A stretch of DNA of 64,000 nt. It comes from Octopus sinensis. Its lineage: Eukaryota. The DNA lies in NCBI RefSeq assembly GCF_006345805.1, contig NC_042997.1, forward strand, positions 166,470,001 to 166,534,000. The letters run 5' to 3'. The stretch's first letter is position 1. Each line of letters begins with the position of its first letter. A program made the translations under genes and the position numbers. Positions 50,573 through 64,000 of the stretch are shown here, in pieces. Below the pieces are notes generated by a model. That model saw only the letters and a program-made list of their open reading frames with translations. It searched no databases and was not told the DNA's origin.

Positions 50573-51238
50573 TTACAGGGGATAAAGGCGGTGAGCTGGC
50601 AGAATCGTAACCGCGCCGAAATTACTTAGCGTCATTTCTTCTGGCTTCACGTTCTCAATTCAAATGCCGCCGGTTTCGATATTTCCTTTCATACCTTTCG
50701 GGGTCAATAAAATAAGGACCACTTGTGTACCCCTTCCCCAAAATTCGCTGGCCTTGTGCCAAAATTTGATACCACCATTAAAGCGGGCGAACTGGAAGAA
50801 ACGTTAGTGCACCGGGCAAAATGCTTAGCGGAAATTCTTCCGACTTAACGTTTTGAGTTTGAATTCCGCTGGCGTCCACTTTGCCTTTTATCCTTCTGGG
50901 ATCGATAAAATAAGTACCAGCTGAGTACTGGGTTCCATGTAATCGACTTACCTCCCCCTTCCGAAATTGCTGGCCTTGTACCAAAATTTGAAGCCATTGT
51001 TATTGGGAAGACATTCGTGTTGCAAGGTTAAGCGAGGGAACGAGAGGATTGTTTACTACGGAATTTGAAGTAGTTTTCATTTTATAATCGGAACACGTAA
51101 CTAGATAGAATGGTGTGCAATGTTGCAGAATTGACACTGAAGAGAAGTAAGGGGTAATGTAGGAGTCAGATGAAGAGATAGAGAGGGTGTTTTAGAAATG
51201 AATATAAAACAGGATGATCCGGTTTGGAGAATGTCACA

Positions 51239-51321
51239 AGCGCACGCACGCGCACGCACGCGCACGCACGCGCACGCACGCGCACGCACGCGCACGCACG
51301 CACGCGCACGCACGCGCACGC

Positions 51322-51377
<56 letters not shown>

Positions 51378-51475
51378 ACGTGAAAACATCATCACGAAGC
51401 ATACATGTACGTATGTACACACATCTTTCAAGCAGCCGGTTTGTCTCTTTCTATACATTTACATTCCTCACTGCA

Positions 51476-51553
<78 letters not shown>

Positions 51554-51643
51554 CATACATACATGCATGCATGCATACATACATACATACATACATACAT
51601 ACATACATACATACATACATACATACATACATACATACATACA

Positions 51644-51680
<37 letters not shown>
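51239..51680. repeat. (GCGCACGCAC)n grading into (CA)n, then (ATCT)n and (ACAT)n
   Basis: Directly visible. Confidence 0.95.
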
Positions 51681-51681
<1 letters not shown>

Positions 51682-52689
51682 AATATTAGGGAGTAAATCC
51701 AAACTTCCCTGTAAGTTTGGATTTACACGAAAAAACAAAAGACGAAGACAGGTGGTATAGAAAACAAACAGATGTATTAGTATAACGCTCAGGAATTGAA
51801 AAAGTCTTTTACATTTCGAGCCTACGCTCTTCTACAGAAAGGGACACAGAAAAAAAAACAAGGAGAGAAACAAGGAGAGAAAAAATGTGTGTAGTGGCTA
51901 CCGATCTATCATGGCATATATATTCATGTATGCATGAATAACGATATATTCATCTAATCACAAGTGATTTGTGATCTTTATTGATCATACTAAGTTTGTA
52001 ATCACACAAATAATCACACAAGTAGATACTAGTGATTCACTAAAAAAAAGGGTTGTGGGAAGCGGCCGTTTTTTAGTGAAGGGTTATAAAAAATACAACT
52101 GAAAATACTTTTGCGGTAAGGAAAAGGCAATATCAGTTATCAATATATATAGATACGCCCTGTGTCATCAATATAAATTCAATCCGCTATATGTATTTGG
52201 ATTTACTTTTATTCCACTATCAATTGTTTTAATTCATATATCTTTCTATATTCTATTATTACCTTTTATATTCATCTTACCGGGGACTAACATTTATTCA
52301 ATTTTAGCCTATTTACTTATTACACAGCATGCATGTATTTCTTGATTTAAATAGAACAAAAATAGAAATAATTTGAAATTACAGATTGGAAATTGTAAAG
52401 GACAAAGTGCATTGGTGCTGCCTCGTGTCTATGCAAGAAATACTGTTCTTCGGGAACTTTTGCAGTGAATGTAAATAATAATGCTTATTTTATACATCTG
52501 TAGCTTTTGCACGGAATGTGTCAAATATGTTATAAATATGCATTTAGAAAACGTATGTAACCTGTTTATAAGATCATGTACCTATGTGTTAATATATACG
52601 TACTTTGGAATTTTGAATACATATACATTTGTGAATTTAGTTAGAGCATTTACAGTAGAAAATAGTCCCATTGCGTGCCACATAGACTT

Positions 52690-52790
52690 TTTAATGATAT
52701 ATTTCTTGTACTCCTGGTCTAGTTCCTCATAAAGTTTTTCTTCCAAGTATCCCATGACTATATTTCATGTGTTGGCTTATTGCAGTCTTA
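52690..52790 (-). mobile_element. Possible Penelope-like RT relic
   Basis: PT..(fs)..VMGYLEEKLYEEL resembles the recalled PLE RT motif PTYANL.MGYLE.KL. Confidence 0.35.
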
Positions 52791-53599
52791 TGTATTGTAG
52801 TCTGCACCTAGAGTGAGATGGAGGTCATTTCTCCGTATGTTCTAGGGTAACCAGAAATTCGATACCTGAGTCCGGTTCCTCTGGAATTGGTATCTGTTTG
52901 TTTTCGATTTCTTCGTATTTTGTTATTGTTGTGGTTTCGCTTTCATAATGAATTTTTCTCCATAGTTTTTTTTACAGTTAGTGGTAGACATAGACATATT
53001 TCAAAACACATGAACTCATAAGCACACATACGCACACACAGACACACACATATATAATTAAATTTTCATAGAACCTTTTATATTCCCTCTGGCACCCAAG
53101 AAAAAGAAAAATGGAGAAAACGGAAAAAGAAAAGACAAAAAAGCAAAAAAACAAAATTGCTCTCAATGATGACCGCACCGCATCCTAAAACCGATTTCTT
53201 GGAGAAGTCACCATCCGTGAACCCATTTCAATAGAATGGTAAATTACTAAATAAATAAATAAATAAATTAATTAATAAATTAATAAATAAATGTAAGTAA
53301 AAATTGAAGGGTGGTCCTTTCCTCCACCTTCTGTCCGTCTATCTATCTATCTCCATAGTCCTGGAACTTCACCCCCCACCCAAGCAAAACCCAAAAAACA
53401 AAAACAATGTTCTTCTCTTCTAAACAAAACAGATCAAAACAAAAAAAAAATCTGTTTTATATACATAAACCTGTTTGTAAATTCACAAAAATATTTTGAC
53501 AAGTTCGAAAAACGAACGAAAGTGCTTATAATAATGACTAAATAAAAAAAAAAATTCTTTTCCCAAAATTCTGGCGACCTCCTCTTTTCTCAATATCTA

Positions 53600-53709
<110 letters not shown>

Positions 53710-55007
53710 CTCATATGTGTGTGTGTGTGTGTGTGTTTGTGCATTTCTGTGTTTGTCCCTGCCACCGCTTGACAACTGGTGCTTTTTTGTTTACGTCCCC
53801 GTAACTTAACAGTTCGGCAAAACGAGACCGATAGAAACAAACTGGCGTCGACTTGTTCGACTAAACCCTTGAAGGCGGTGCCCCAGCATGGCCGCAGTCT
53901 AATGACTGGAACAAATAAAAGATAACGAATGTAGAATAACGAGTAACTCACTGACTACAACATGTACATATTTAAAATAACAAAATGTATATAATATTTA
54001 AGGGTAAGATATCATTTTTTACTTCCCTGTTGATTTGACATTTTTATATACATCCTCATACTTTCATCAGCAACTTTCATCAGCAACTTTCATCATGAAC
54101 ATTTTACAACAAACCCTCCGTTATTATTGACATCTCGTGTACATTAGTTAACATTTTATTTTAAATAGTTTTGAAGGCGGCAAGCTGGGAGAATCGTTAG
54201 CACGCCGGGCGAAATGCTTAGCGGCATTTCGTCTGCCGTTACGTTCTGAGTTCAAATTCCGCCGTGGTCGACTTTTCCTTTCATCCTTTCGGAGTCGATA
54301 AAATAAGTACCAGTTGAGTACTGTGGCCGATGTAATCGACTTACTCCCACTCCCAAATTTAGGTCTTCTGCCTATAGCAGAAATGATTGTTTTTAAATGA
54401 TATGATAAATGGTTTCTAATTTAGGCGCAAAGCCAGCAATTTTTGAAGGAAGAGGGTTTGTCAGGGCCATTTATTGCAGCTTTATAGATCCCCGCGAAAA
54501 TAAATGCACTGGGTCCCAGAATATTTTTTATTGACAGCAGGCCACAATATACATAGATCAGAATAGGGTCCCTTAACCCGTGAGGCCTCCGAGCAACTAC
54601 CCAACAAATAGCGCACTGCCGTTGTGAAAACAAAGGGATACGAAGAGTAGATAACATAATTTAGGATGCATTGAACATAGCAAAAAGACGATAAGGGTAC
54701 GACTGGAATGCCGCCGAGCGTAGGTTTGCTCGATTAGGCTCGACTTGCAATTAAGAGGCCTTGGGATTAGTCGATGCCACTGGTCCCCAGTAATGGACTG
54801 TGACTTTATTTTTGTTGACTACAGAGGGATGAAAGGCAAAACTAACATCGGTGGTATTCGATCTCAGAACAAAAAGAATCGGAAGAAATTCCGCAAAGCA
54901 TTTTTTTTTCTCGACGCTTTAACAATTCCGCTAACTCGTCGTCTTGCGCCTGGATTTTCATTAATAACATTTAATTAAAGCGAACCCAATCTGAAAAAGA
55001 AGATATA

Positions 55008-55242
55008 TATTTCTTTATTGCCCACAAGGGGCTAAACATAGAGAGGACGAACAAGGACAGACAAAGGGATTAAGTCGATTACATCGACCCCAGTGCGAAA
55101 CTGGTACTTTTATTTATCGACCCCGAAAGGATGAAAGGCAAAGTCAACCACGGCGGAATTTGAACTCAGAACGTAACTACAGACGAAATACCGCTAAGCA
55201 TTCCGCCCGGTGCGCTAACGTGTCTGCCAGCTCGCCGCCTTA
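55008..55242 (-). mobile_element. SINE family A, full length, 16-bp TSD
   Basis: TSD TGAAAAAGAAGATATA at 54992-55007 and 55243-55258. Confidence 0.9.
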
Positions 55243-55685
55243 TGAAAAAGAAGATATAAGAAGGACAGTGGTCGCCTTTCGATATAAATAAACTCTACTA
55301 AATGTATTGAGTACTTTTTCTCTCGTTTGGTCACTCTACATGCTAGAAATAGCAGCTGAATCTGCAACAAATAGTACGCTACCGTCGTAAAAATAAAAAG
55401 GGATAAAGAAAAGGGACACGAATGATATTATAATTCAGGGTGCACTGAGCATAGCAAAAAGACGATAAGGGCACGACTGGAATGCCGCTGAGCGTAGGTC
55501 TGCTCGATTAGGCTCGACTTGCAGTTAAACAACACAAAAGTACACACGTACACATGCAAAACAACACATATACATACATATACACATCCATACATATACA
55601 TACATATATATGTATATATATATATACATATACACACACACACATATACACATATCCACACTCAGGAACATACTCATACACATGC

Positions 55686-55741
<56 letters not shown>

Positions 55742-55961
55742 TGTGAGGTGGTGGTGAAATACGCGAAATATGAAGATAAAGAGGAGCGAAAGGAAATAGA
55801 CACAAACACACACACACTCATACACATACACACTCATACACATACACACACTCATACACACACACATACATACACGTACTCATGTATACACACTAACTTC
55901 ATACCCACACATACTTTCACATGCATACATACATACACATACATACTCAAAAGAAGAAGGA

Positions 55962-56004
<43 letters not shown>

Positions 56005-56914
56005 AGGAGGAGAGAATAAAGAAGGAGACAGTCACACCTTGTATTATTCTTTCAAACTTGAAGGATTGGTAATATTTTCATCCAGTACCAAATATTTCGA
56101 CGAGATTCTTCTCAATTGGCTGATTGGTTTTTTTAAAGAGGTTGGCCCATTGATAAAAACTTAACAACAATATCTATTAACGTCATTTGATAACCAAAAC
56201 AGCCTGTCGTAATCTTCTTTCACATGGTTGGCAGTCGCCAAACATTGGCACGTGCAATGGAAGAATTCTTGTGAATCCGGGCTGGCATTTCACGCGCTGG
56301 TTTGTTAGATGAACAAAATAGCAGAGTGCAGGAAGTTAAATCAGTGACTATCAGGACGATAAAAATACACACACATTTATATAAATATAACCTTGGTGAA
56401 TATAAAGGTTTTTGTTTATATCTGTGAAAAAAAAAAAAGAAGCTAATTTTTATCGTTTGCTTCTGAAAGAAACAGAAGAATATACAACAAGGACAAAGCG
56501 AAAAACAAAAGAATTAAGGTAAGTGGTAAAGTAGAGAGATTTTATGATGGGAATCTGCATTTTCGACTGTTGTGTTTTGCTTGTTACATTTGGAATTTTT
56601 AACATTTATGTATGCAAAAAAAAGAAAAAAAAGGAAAGAAAATGGAGCGAAAAAATAAGTTTTCCAAGTACATTACACTTGGATGTGTGCATACGTTACA
56701 TATATACATATGCGTATACAAATACATACATACAAACGCACATATACGCACTCATATAGACAAACATATATATGTCTACATGAATGCAAGTGTATGTATG
56801 TATGTATGTATGTTATGTATGTATGTATGTATGTATGTATGTATGTATGTATGTATGTATGTATGTATGTATGTATGTATGCGTGTGTGTATGTGCATAT
56901 ATATATATATGTAT

Positions 56915-57130
56915 TTCTTTACTAAACACAGAGGGGACAAGCAAGGACAGACAAACGGATTAAGTCGATTATATCGACCCCAGTACGTAACTGGTACTTA
57001 TTTAATCAACCCCGAACGGATGAAAGGCAAAGTCGACCTCGGCGGAATTTGAACTCAGAACGTAGCGGCAGACGAAATACCGCTAAGCATTTCGCCCAGC
57101 GTGCTAACGTTTCTGCCAGCTCACCGCCAT
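56915..57130 (-). mobile_element. SINE family A
   Basis: Same body on the reverse strand. Confidence 0.85.
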
Positions 57131-57712
57131 AGCACATATATATATGAATATATATAGATAGATATATGTGTGTATACACACACAGACACACAAATATATA
57201 TATACACACACACTAACATATATATAGATATATGTATGTATATTTTACATGTACATCTGCAAATATATACATACACATATACACACTATGCATATTTGAT
57301 ATTCATACTATAGCATGCACTGAAACATAAACATAAAAATAATGATATATATAACAGAGATACTACTTTATATATGATGTATATGTGATGCATATTCATA
57401 CATAGGTGGTAACATATACATGCATACTATATATATATATATATAATATATATATAATATATATATATATTTATATGTATGAATGTAAGTACGATGTATG
57501 TATGTATGTATGTATGTATGTATGTATGTATGTATGTATGTATGTATGCATGTATGTATGTTAATATGTATGTATGTATGAATGAATATGCATATCACAT
57601 ATATGATTTTGTATTTGATTTCGTATTTCATGTTGTTTACACAGTTGGTGACGTCCTGTACCCATATATGCATATATATATGTATATATATATGTGTGTG
57701 TGTGTATATATG

Positions 57713-57751
<39 letters not shown>

Positions 57752-57823
57752 ATATAAACATATATATACACATATACATATATACAAATATGTATATATA
57801 TATACATACATATGTATATATAT

Positions 57824-57873
<50 letters not shown>

Positions 57874-57941
57874 ATATTATATATATATAATATACATATA
57901 TATAGATATTATATATATTATATATCATATATATATATATA

Positions 57942-58033
<92 letters not shown>

Positions 58034-58035
<2 letters not shown>

Positions 58036-58304
58036 GAAGAAATGAGGTACTCAGAAATCCGGATGGTTTTATATTTACAGATATTTATTATGTTTTTATA
58101 CATCATATATCATATATCATTTAATAGCGCTTTCGTCCATGCTAGTGGAGTCTTCAAATTGAACATCAATTTGAAGACTCCACTAGAATGGACGAAAGCG
58201 CTAATATATGATATATGATATATGATGTATAAAAACATGTAACATACTAATAAATATCTGTAAATATAAAAACCATCGGATTTCTGAGTACCTCATTTCT
58301 TCTA
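58034..58304. repeat. About 270-bp near-perfect inverted repeat (3-nt loop) with a degenerate HHR-like motif in each arm
   Basis: TAGAAGAAATGAGGTACTCAGAAATCC ... GGATTTCTGAGTACCTCATTTCTTCTA; centre TCTTCAAATTGA-ACA-TCAATTTGAAGA. Confidence 0.9.
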
Positions 58305-58369
58305 ATATATAATACCTGTACATCAGCTGCAAAACCTTCTAATTATAGATATATATATATTATATATAT

Positions 58370-58426
<57 letters not shown>

Positions 58427-58768
58427 CATGCATATGCGTACGTGTCCTAACACATATATGTACATGGATGTAAACACTTCATTATACACATACTTATAAA
58501 TATAATTGTATTGAATTATGTACTCATGCACGCTGGCATGCAGTTTCACGGTCCACTGTGAGTTCCAGATACAACGTTCGTGAGGTGTTTGCATAAAGAA
58601 AGAGCGAATCAGTTTATTCACCAATAAAAACGTGTCTGAAACAGCTGTAGTGAACCTCAATGTGTTCTTTCATTCTTTGCATACACACACACACACATAC
58701 ATACACATACATACATGCGTACACATATACATACATACGTACATACATACATACATACATACATACGC

Positions 58769-58905
<137 letters not shown>

Positions 58906-60531
58906 AATAATATAAATATTTAAGCATATGTACATGCTTACATATGTATGTATATGCACATGCATATATGGGCACAGGACACCACAGAACGGAAACAACG
59001 AAATACGAAAACATGGACTACGGACTTTGTTTGCGAACAACGAAAGAAACAAGTGGAAGACAAGACAAGTAACATAAAAAAACGACCCTTCATTTGTTGC
59101 CGGCTGTTTTTCTACTTCGTATTTCGAGCATTGTGTGTGAGCATGTCTAACACATACGACATAGAAACCGGGAAACCAGGCCCTTGAGCCTGGCTAGGCT
59201 TTAAAAGGGTACACTCACACATATAGTTTTTTGCATACACTAAGATTTGAATATGTGGATGCATCTATACGTATGCAAACATATATATGATCTATAATAA
59301 ATATATGTATGCGAATGTAAGCATGTGTGTGTATTTCCCCTACGTGTGATGTGTTTTCATGTGTGTGTGCGTGTGTGTAGGACGCATGTATGAATGTTGT
59401 GTCCTCGTTAGACAAGCTAGGCACTGTCCCTCCACGTTAAATATTAATCATTAAATAATGTAAAAGATTTTTAATTTATTGTTGACATGCTGATATAAAT
59501 GCTTCAAATTCAATACATGAATTCATTAAATGCCAAATAGTTTGATCATAGACAAATTTGATTTCCCCGCGCAAGTAAAACTGTCACGTGACGATCTTAA
59601 ACGCGAACGTACAAAAGTGCAGTAAAAATTGTACCACAAAGCCAGATTGGCAGCTAACTTTTCATTCTATGTCACTACTAAGGAAAAGTAATATGTGCAT
59701 GCTTTTGTTATATCGTGGAGGCACGTAATTTAGTGGTTAGGGGTGTCAGCATCATGATCGTAAGATTGTGGTTTCGAATCCTAGACCGGGCGACGCGTTG
59801 TGTTATTGAGCAAAACACTTCATTTCACGTTGCTTCAGTCCACTCAGCTGGCAAAAATGAGTAACGCTGCGATGGTCTGGCGTCCCGTCCAGCTGGGGAA
59901 CACATACGACATAGAAACCGGGAAACCAGGCCCATGAGCCTGGCTAGGCTTTAAAAGGGTACATTCCTTTCGTCTTTTTGTTTGTTATATCGGTGTGCAT
60001 GTATTTACCTTAGACAATCGAAATAAGTTTTTGAGACATTCTACTTCGTGTAACACAGAAACAAATTATCCCCAAAAGAGAGGGGTATCTAGAGTGTCTA
60101 GATATTACGAGCATACGATTTTGAGGTGGTGGTGGGCTGTCTACCGTTCCTGTTAGAAGCAAAAGTGATCATTTGACAGAGAAAAAGAAATTTAATGAAA
60201 CGGTATAATTCTTTTATTCTGTTATTGTCAGTATGTTGTGTACACTACTTGAATACTCCGTTCTCCACAGATCCTTAACTGATACATGAATCACATTTAT
60301 GCAGCGATAGTTACTGAAATAATTCAATGATTAAACCTACTACCTGCTTTGCAGCTTGCGATAACGTAAAATAGTAGGTGCAGGTGTAGATGTGTGGTAA
60401 GAAGCTTGCTTCCCAACCTTATGGTTCCGGGTTCAGTTCCACTACATGGCACCTTAGGCAATTGTCTTCTGCTATAGCCTCAGTCCGACCAAAGCCTTGT
60501 AAGTGGATTTGGTGGACGGAAGCTGAAAGAA

Positions 60532-61798
60532 GTTGGACAAAATAATGGAAACACCTTAAAATTTCAAACAATTTTATTCTAATATGTGGCAGGACCGCCT
60601 TTGCCAGTAATTACAGCTTGAATTGTACGAGGTATGAACTCGTACAAAGTTTGAATGGTTTCCAAAGGAATTTTTGTCCATTCTTCAGCTAAAGCAGTCT
60701 CTAGTTCTTGTAGTGATGATGGTGGAAGACATCGACTCCTTATTTGTTTTTCTAAAATACACCATAAATGTTCAATAATATTGAGATATGGGGACTGTGG
60801 TAGCTAGATAAGATGTTCAACTTCACTAGAATGTTCTTCATGCCATTCAGTAACACCTTTATCTGTGTGAATTGGTGCATTATCATCCTGAAAGATTACG
60901 TTTCCCTCCGGAAACAGTTCCGCAACCATAGGATGAATTTGATCAGATAAAATGCTTAAATAGTCTTGACTATTAATTCTGCCATGAAGGGAAACCATTG
61001 GGCCGGCGAATTTCCAAGATATAGCCCCCAGATCATCACAGATCCTCCTCCATGTTTAACAATTGGAAGAAGGCAATCTGGGTCAAAAGCTTCTTTTAGC
61101 TGTCTACACCCGTATATTCGGCTGGTAGTCGGATATAAGGTAAAAGAGGACTCGTCCGAGAAAATAACATTCTTCCATTGCTCTAGGGACCAATTCTATA
61201 GGTTTTTACTCCACTCTAAACGCTTTACAACGTTTGTTTTTGAAAGTAGTGGTTTTCTGATTGCAACCCTCTCGTGAAATCCGGCTTTGCGCAGCTCCCG
61301 GGGAACAGTTTTTGTGGAAACTGGATTCTCGAAGAGGTCATTAAGCTCTGCAGTAATTTTGGAAGGTATACTTTTGTGATCCTTTCTAACACTTCCCGTA
61401 AGAGTACGACGGTCCCTATCTGAAAGTTTTGGTTTTCTTCCGGAGTTTTGTTTCGACGAGGAGGTTTTTCCCTCTATCTCAAAGGCTGTCATTACTTTCG
61501 AGACAGTACTTCTTGATAACCAAACATTTTGGCTGTTTTCGTTACGCTAGCGCCTGCTATACGAGCACTAACAATTTGACCTCTTTGAAAGTCCGAGAGA
61601 TCTGTCATTTTAATGAATTTTAATTACCTTTTTCTGATAGTATCTGAAAAGAAAGAGCAATTTTAGCAAAAACATATTAAGTAACACCACTAATAAATAA
61701 AAAAACATAAAAATAAACAAGCTTTTGACAGTTTTATAGATATTGCAAAATTATGATGCTATGATGCTAGGTGTTTCCATTATTTTGTCCAACCCCTG
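60532..61798 (-). mobile_element. Tc1-family transposon, decayed, DD36E spacing
   Basis: TIRs GTTGGACAAAATAATGGAAACACC (60532-60555) and its reverse complement (about 61770-61798) plus TA. MTDLSDFQRGQIV HTH; FSDES / QDDNAPIH..LNIIE DDE; stops and frameshifts. Confidence 0.9.
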
Positions 61799-62206
61799 TA
61801 TATACATACAAACAAACATAGATTACACGATATCAATGCAATAAAAATTCCCTAATTTTGTCGTGGTTATAATCAAACCGAGATATCATATTTCTTTGCC
61901 ACTAAACTCATATATTTTTATTTCTGATTTCTTTGAAAATAAGAACAGGATGTATGTTTTCAGTTTTCTGTTTTCACATTGGTCAAAATACGGCTTATTT
62001 TAACCCTTTTTATGGTGGGCGTCCTTTTGAAAATACTTTTTAAAAATTAGTATAGCAATACAAATTTTGCTAGAAAAGTTGTTATTGGTGGAAATCATTA
62101 ACATAAAAGTACAAAGAATATATCCTTTATGGTAAAACGGGCAATATTCTCATGTAAGCTTAATATCATTTGAAAGGCTTTTATATATGCATATATATAA
62201 ATACAT

Positions 62207-62267
<61 letters not shown>

Positions 62268-64000
62268 ACACACGGATGCCTTTCCTGTCACGCACCTAGC
62301 AGCCTTTAAATACAACTTATAAAATATAAAGATTACTACTCGATTTCTCTTTAATTATTATAACTTACACAAGCAAAAACTTGGTGGCGTTTATAAAAAG
62401 CATTTTCTGTTAAATCACAGATATAGGAAGAACCTGAATAAAAATTATCTACGGCTGTGCGTTTTCCGAAACATGGATCGCCCCAACCAGTCAAGCAATA
62501 TGAAATAGGTTGTAAAGAAAGTCGACCTTATCTCAACAATAGCACACTAAGCAATAAAAAAAAAAGCATTAAGTATGCTTTTTTAGCCATAACTTGCCCC
62601 TCAAATGTGTTGTTTAGCAAACCTTCATGACACTAACCCGCCTTATTTGGAAACAAAGAGAAGACGAATGTAGATTACTGTATATGACTAATAGGGACAA
62701 TATTGCTAACTGGGCACGGAGATACCAACTTTAAACAGTGTGGAAGGCACGTTATACAGATTTTAAAACCAGGTCTGACTTCTTAAACATGGTGACAAGT
62801 TCATACCAACTCAATAGAAAATTCAACCTTTACCAAAAGGCTTATGTGGTTTGTAACCCTGATTCTTCAAATTTGATAAATATTGACATGGCATTAAAAC
62901 TTCAAATGCCTCTCTAGAAACACCTTCACAGACTTCACACGTTTCATGACACATTTTCTATATGTATCATATCAGGCAAACATCTACATAACACATGAAG
63001 TTACACTGATAGATACCAACTTGAAGCAGGGCCGACAAGATCAGCTTGAAGATGTCCCCAGAAACATTTCTTAATGTGATTTTAATATCGGATAGTTCAT
63101 TGCATCTGACAGAATATCACATTGTCTGTCAAGACTTTTCAAACATTTCTATTTCGATTATGTACAGTCAGCCTAAAGATGGTAGTAGTGGTGGTTCTTT
63201 CTTCATATCTTCGCTTTCTTCTCATATCTTTTCGTTTTCTTTTTAAGTAGCAATATTTTAGTTTTGCATGAATAATGAGTGGCCTCAAATTTGTGCTCTG
63301 CGAGAGTTGAATCACAACCTAAGCATGAAGCTTAAGCAGCAAATCTGTTTATCTTAAGTACTGTACAAAGAGTACTAAATAAGTTATTCTGACGGTATCT
63401 TTTTCAAAGTCTTGAATTTATCCGAAACAATAAATTCTGTCGAGAATGGTGAAAAGTACCTGCCCATCGTACCTACATACAGCAAAATACTGGACATTTG
63501 AGAGCTGTGGCCAATGATGTGACAGGAACTACTCATCAATAGGTTTTTCATTATTAGTAAAATAAACAATTTTAGGAAACTAGCGGGGGTCTGCATCGAC
63601 AAAATATTTTTATTGGTAAAGTATAAAATTATGTCTTTAAAGTTTGTATTCTGTTGGAAGAAGAATTTCATGACGTTTCGGATCGAATTACTCACCAGAG
63701 ACAGGGAAGATTCTTTTGCGTCTTTCGTCTATCAAAGTGTGATATAATAGTGCCTTTCATGAATAGTCACGGCACTAGTTAAATTGGATTTCATTCAATC
63801 TTAAGCGTAAATTAAATTCAATCAAGTAGAGTGTTAAGTTTGATATACATTTCACTCTCATTCAATTATATAATCTGAAAGAAACAATTTGATCCAATAT
63901 TAACCAAACATATAAACAAATTAAAATAAAAAACAGTTTTTTCTATGCTTATAATTTTCACTAATTGTCATAGCCACTATAGGCATCGATTGCTGGAATA

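Noticed and set aside
54650-55527. About 105-bp near-duplicate at 54650-54753 and 55425-55527 (similarly 59150-59215 and 59900-59962)
   Set aside because: These look like copies or tails of common interspersed repeats rather than a distinct system.
62400-63700. Coding-like minus-strand fragments (HLQADLVG, PIDE, CHETCEVC)
   Set aside because: Multiple stops and only 3-5 residue motif resemblances; they cannot be assigned without an HMM search.

Overview
Very AT-rich, microsatellite- and SINE-dense eukaryotic DNA. The repeat landscape looks like an Octopus genome; this is inferred from the repeat style and not proven. The only host gene I can support is a minus-strand NAGPA (uncovering enzyme) ortholog. 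I reconstructed 8 coding exons by hand with GT-AG boundaries and consistent phases (25890 to 2519, 1321 nt, about 440 codons). Its TM/cytosolic exons were not found and probably lie left of the window. A housekeeping-type promoter with a TCACGTGA (CLEAR-like) box lies at about 25980-26060. The rest is transposon-derived: tRNA-SINEs, RTE, CR1 and Tx1 LINE fragments, Tc1 (DD36E), mariner, Tigger, hAT, piggyBac-like and Helitron-like relics. The most unusual signal is a set of minimal hammerhead-ribozyme (HHR) motifs with palindromic stem III in several unrelated repeats. One is a tRNA-headed element that inserts as an asymmetric inverted repeat with 12-13 bp TSDs, a Penelope-like architecture. 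The dominant SINE also shares its 3' tail with the Tx1 LINE here and forms fixed-junction tandem multimers. No databases were searched; family names come from recalled motifs.
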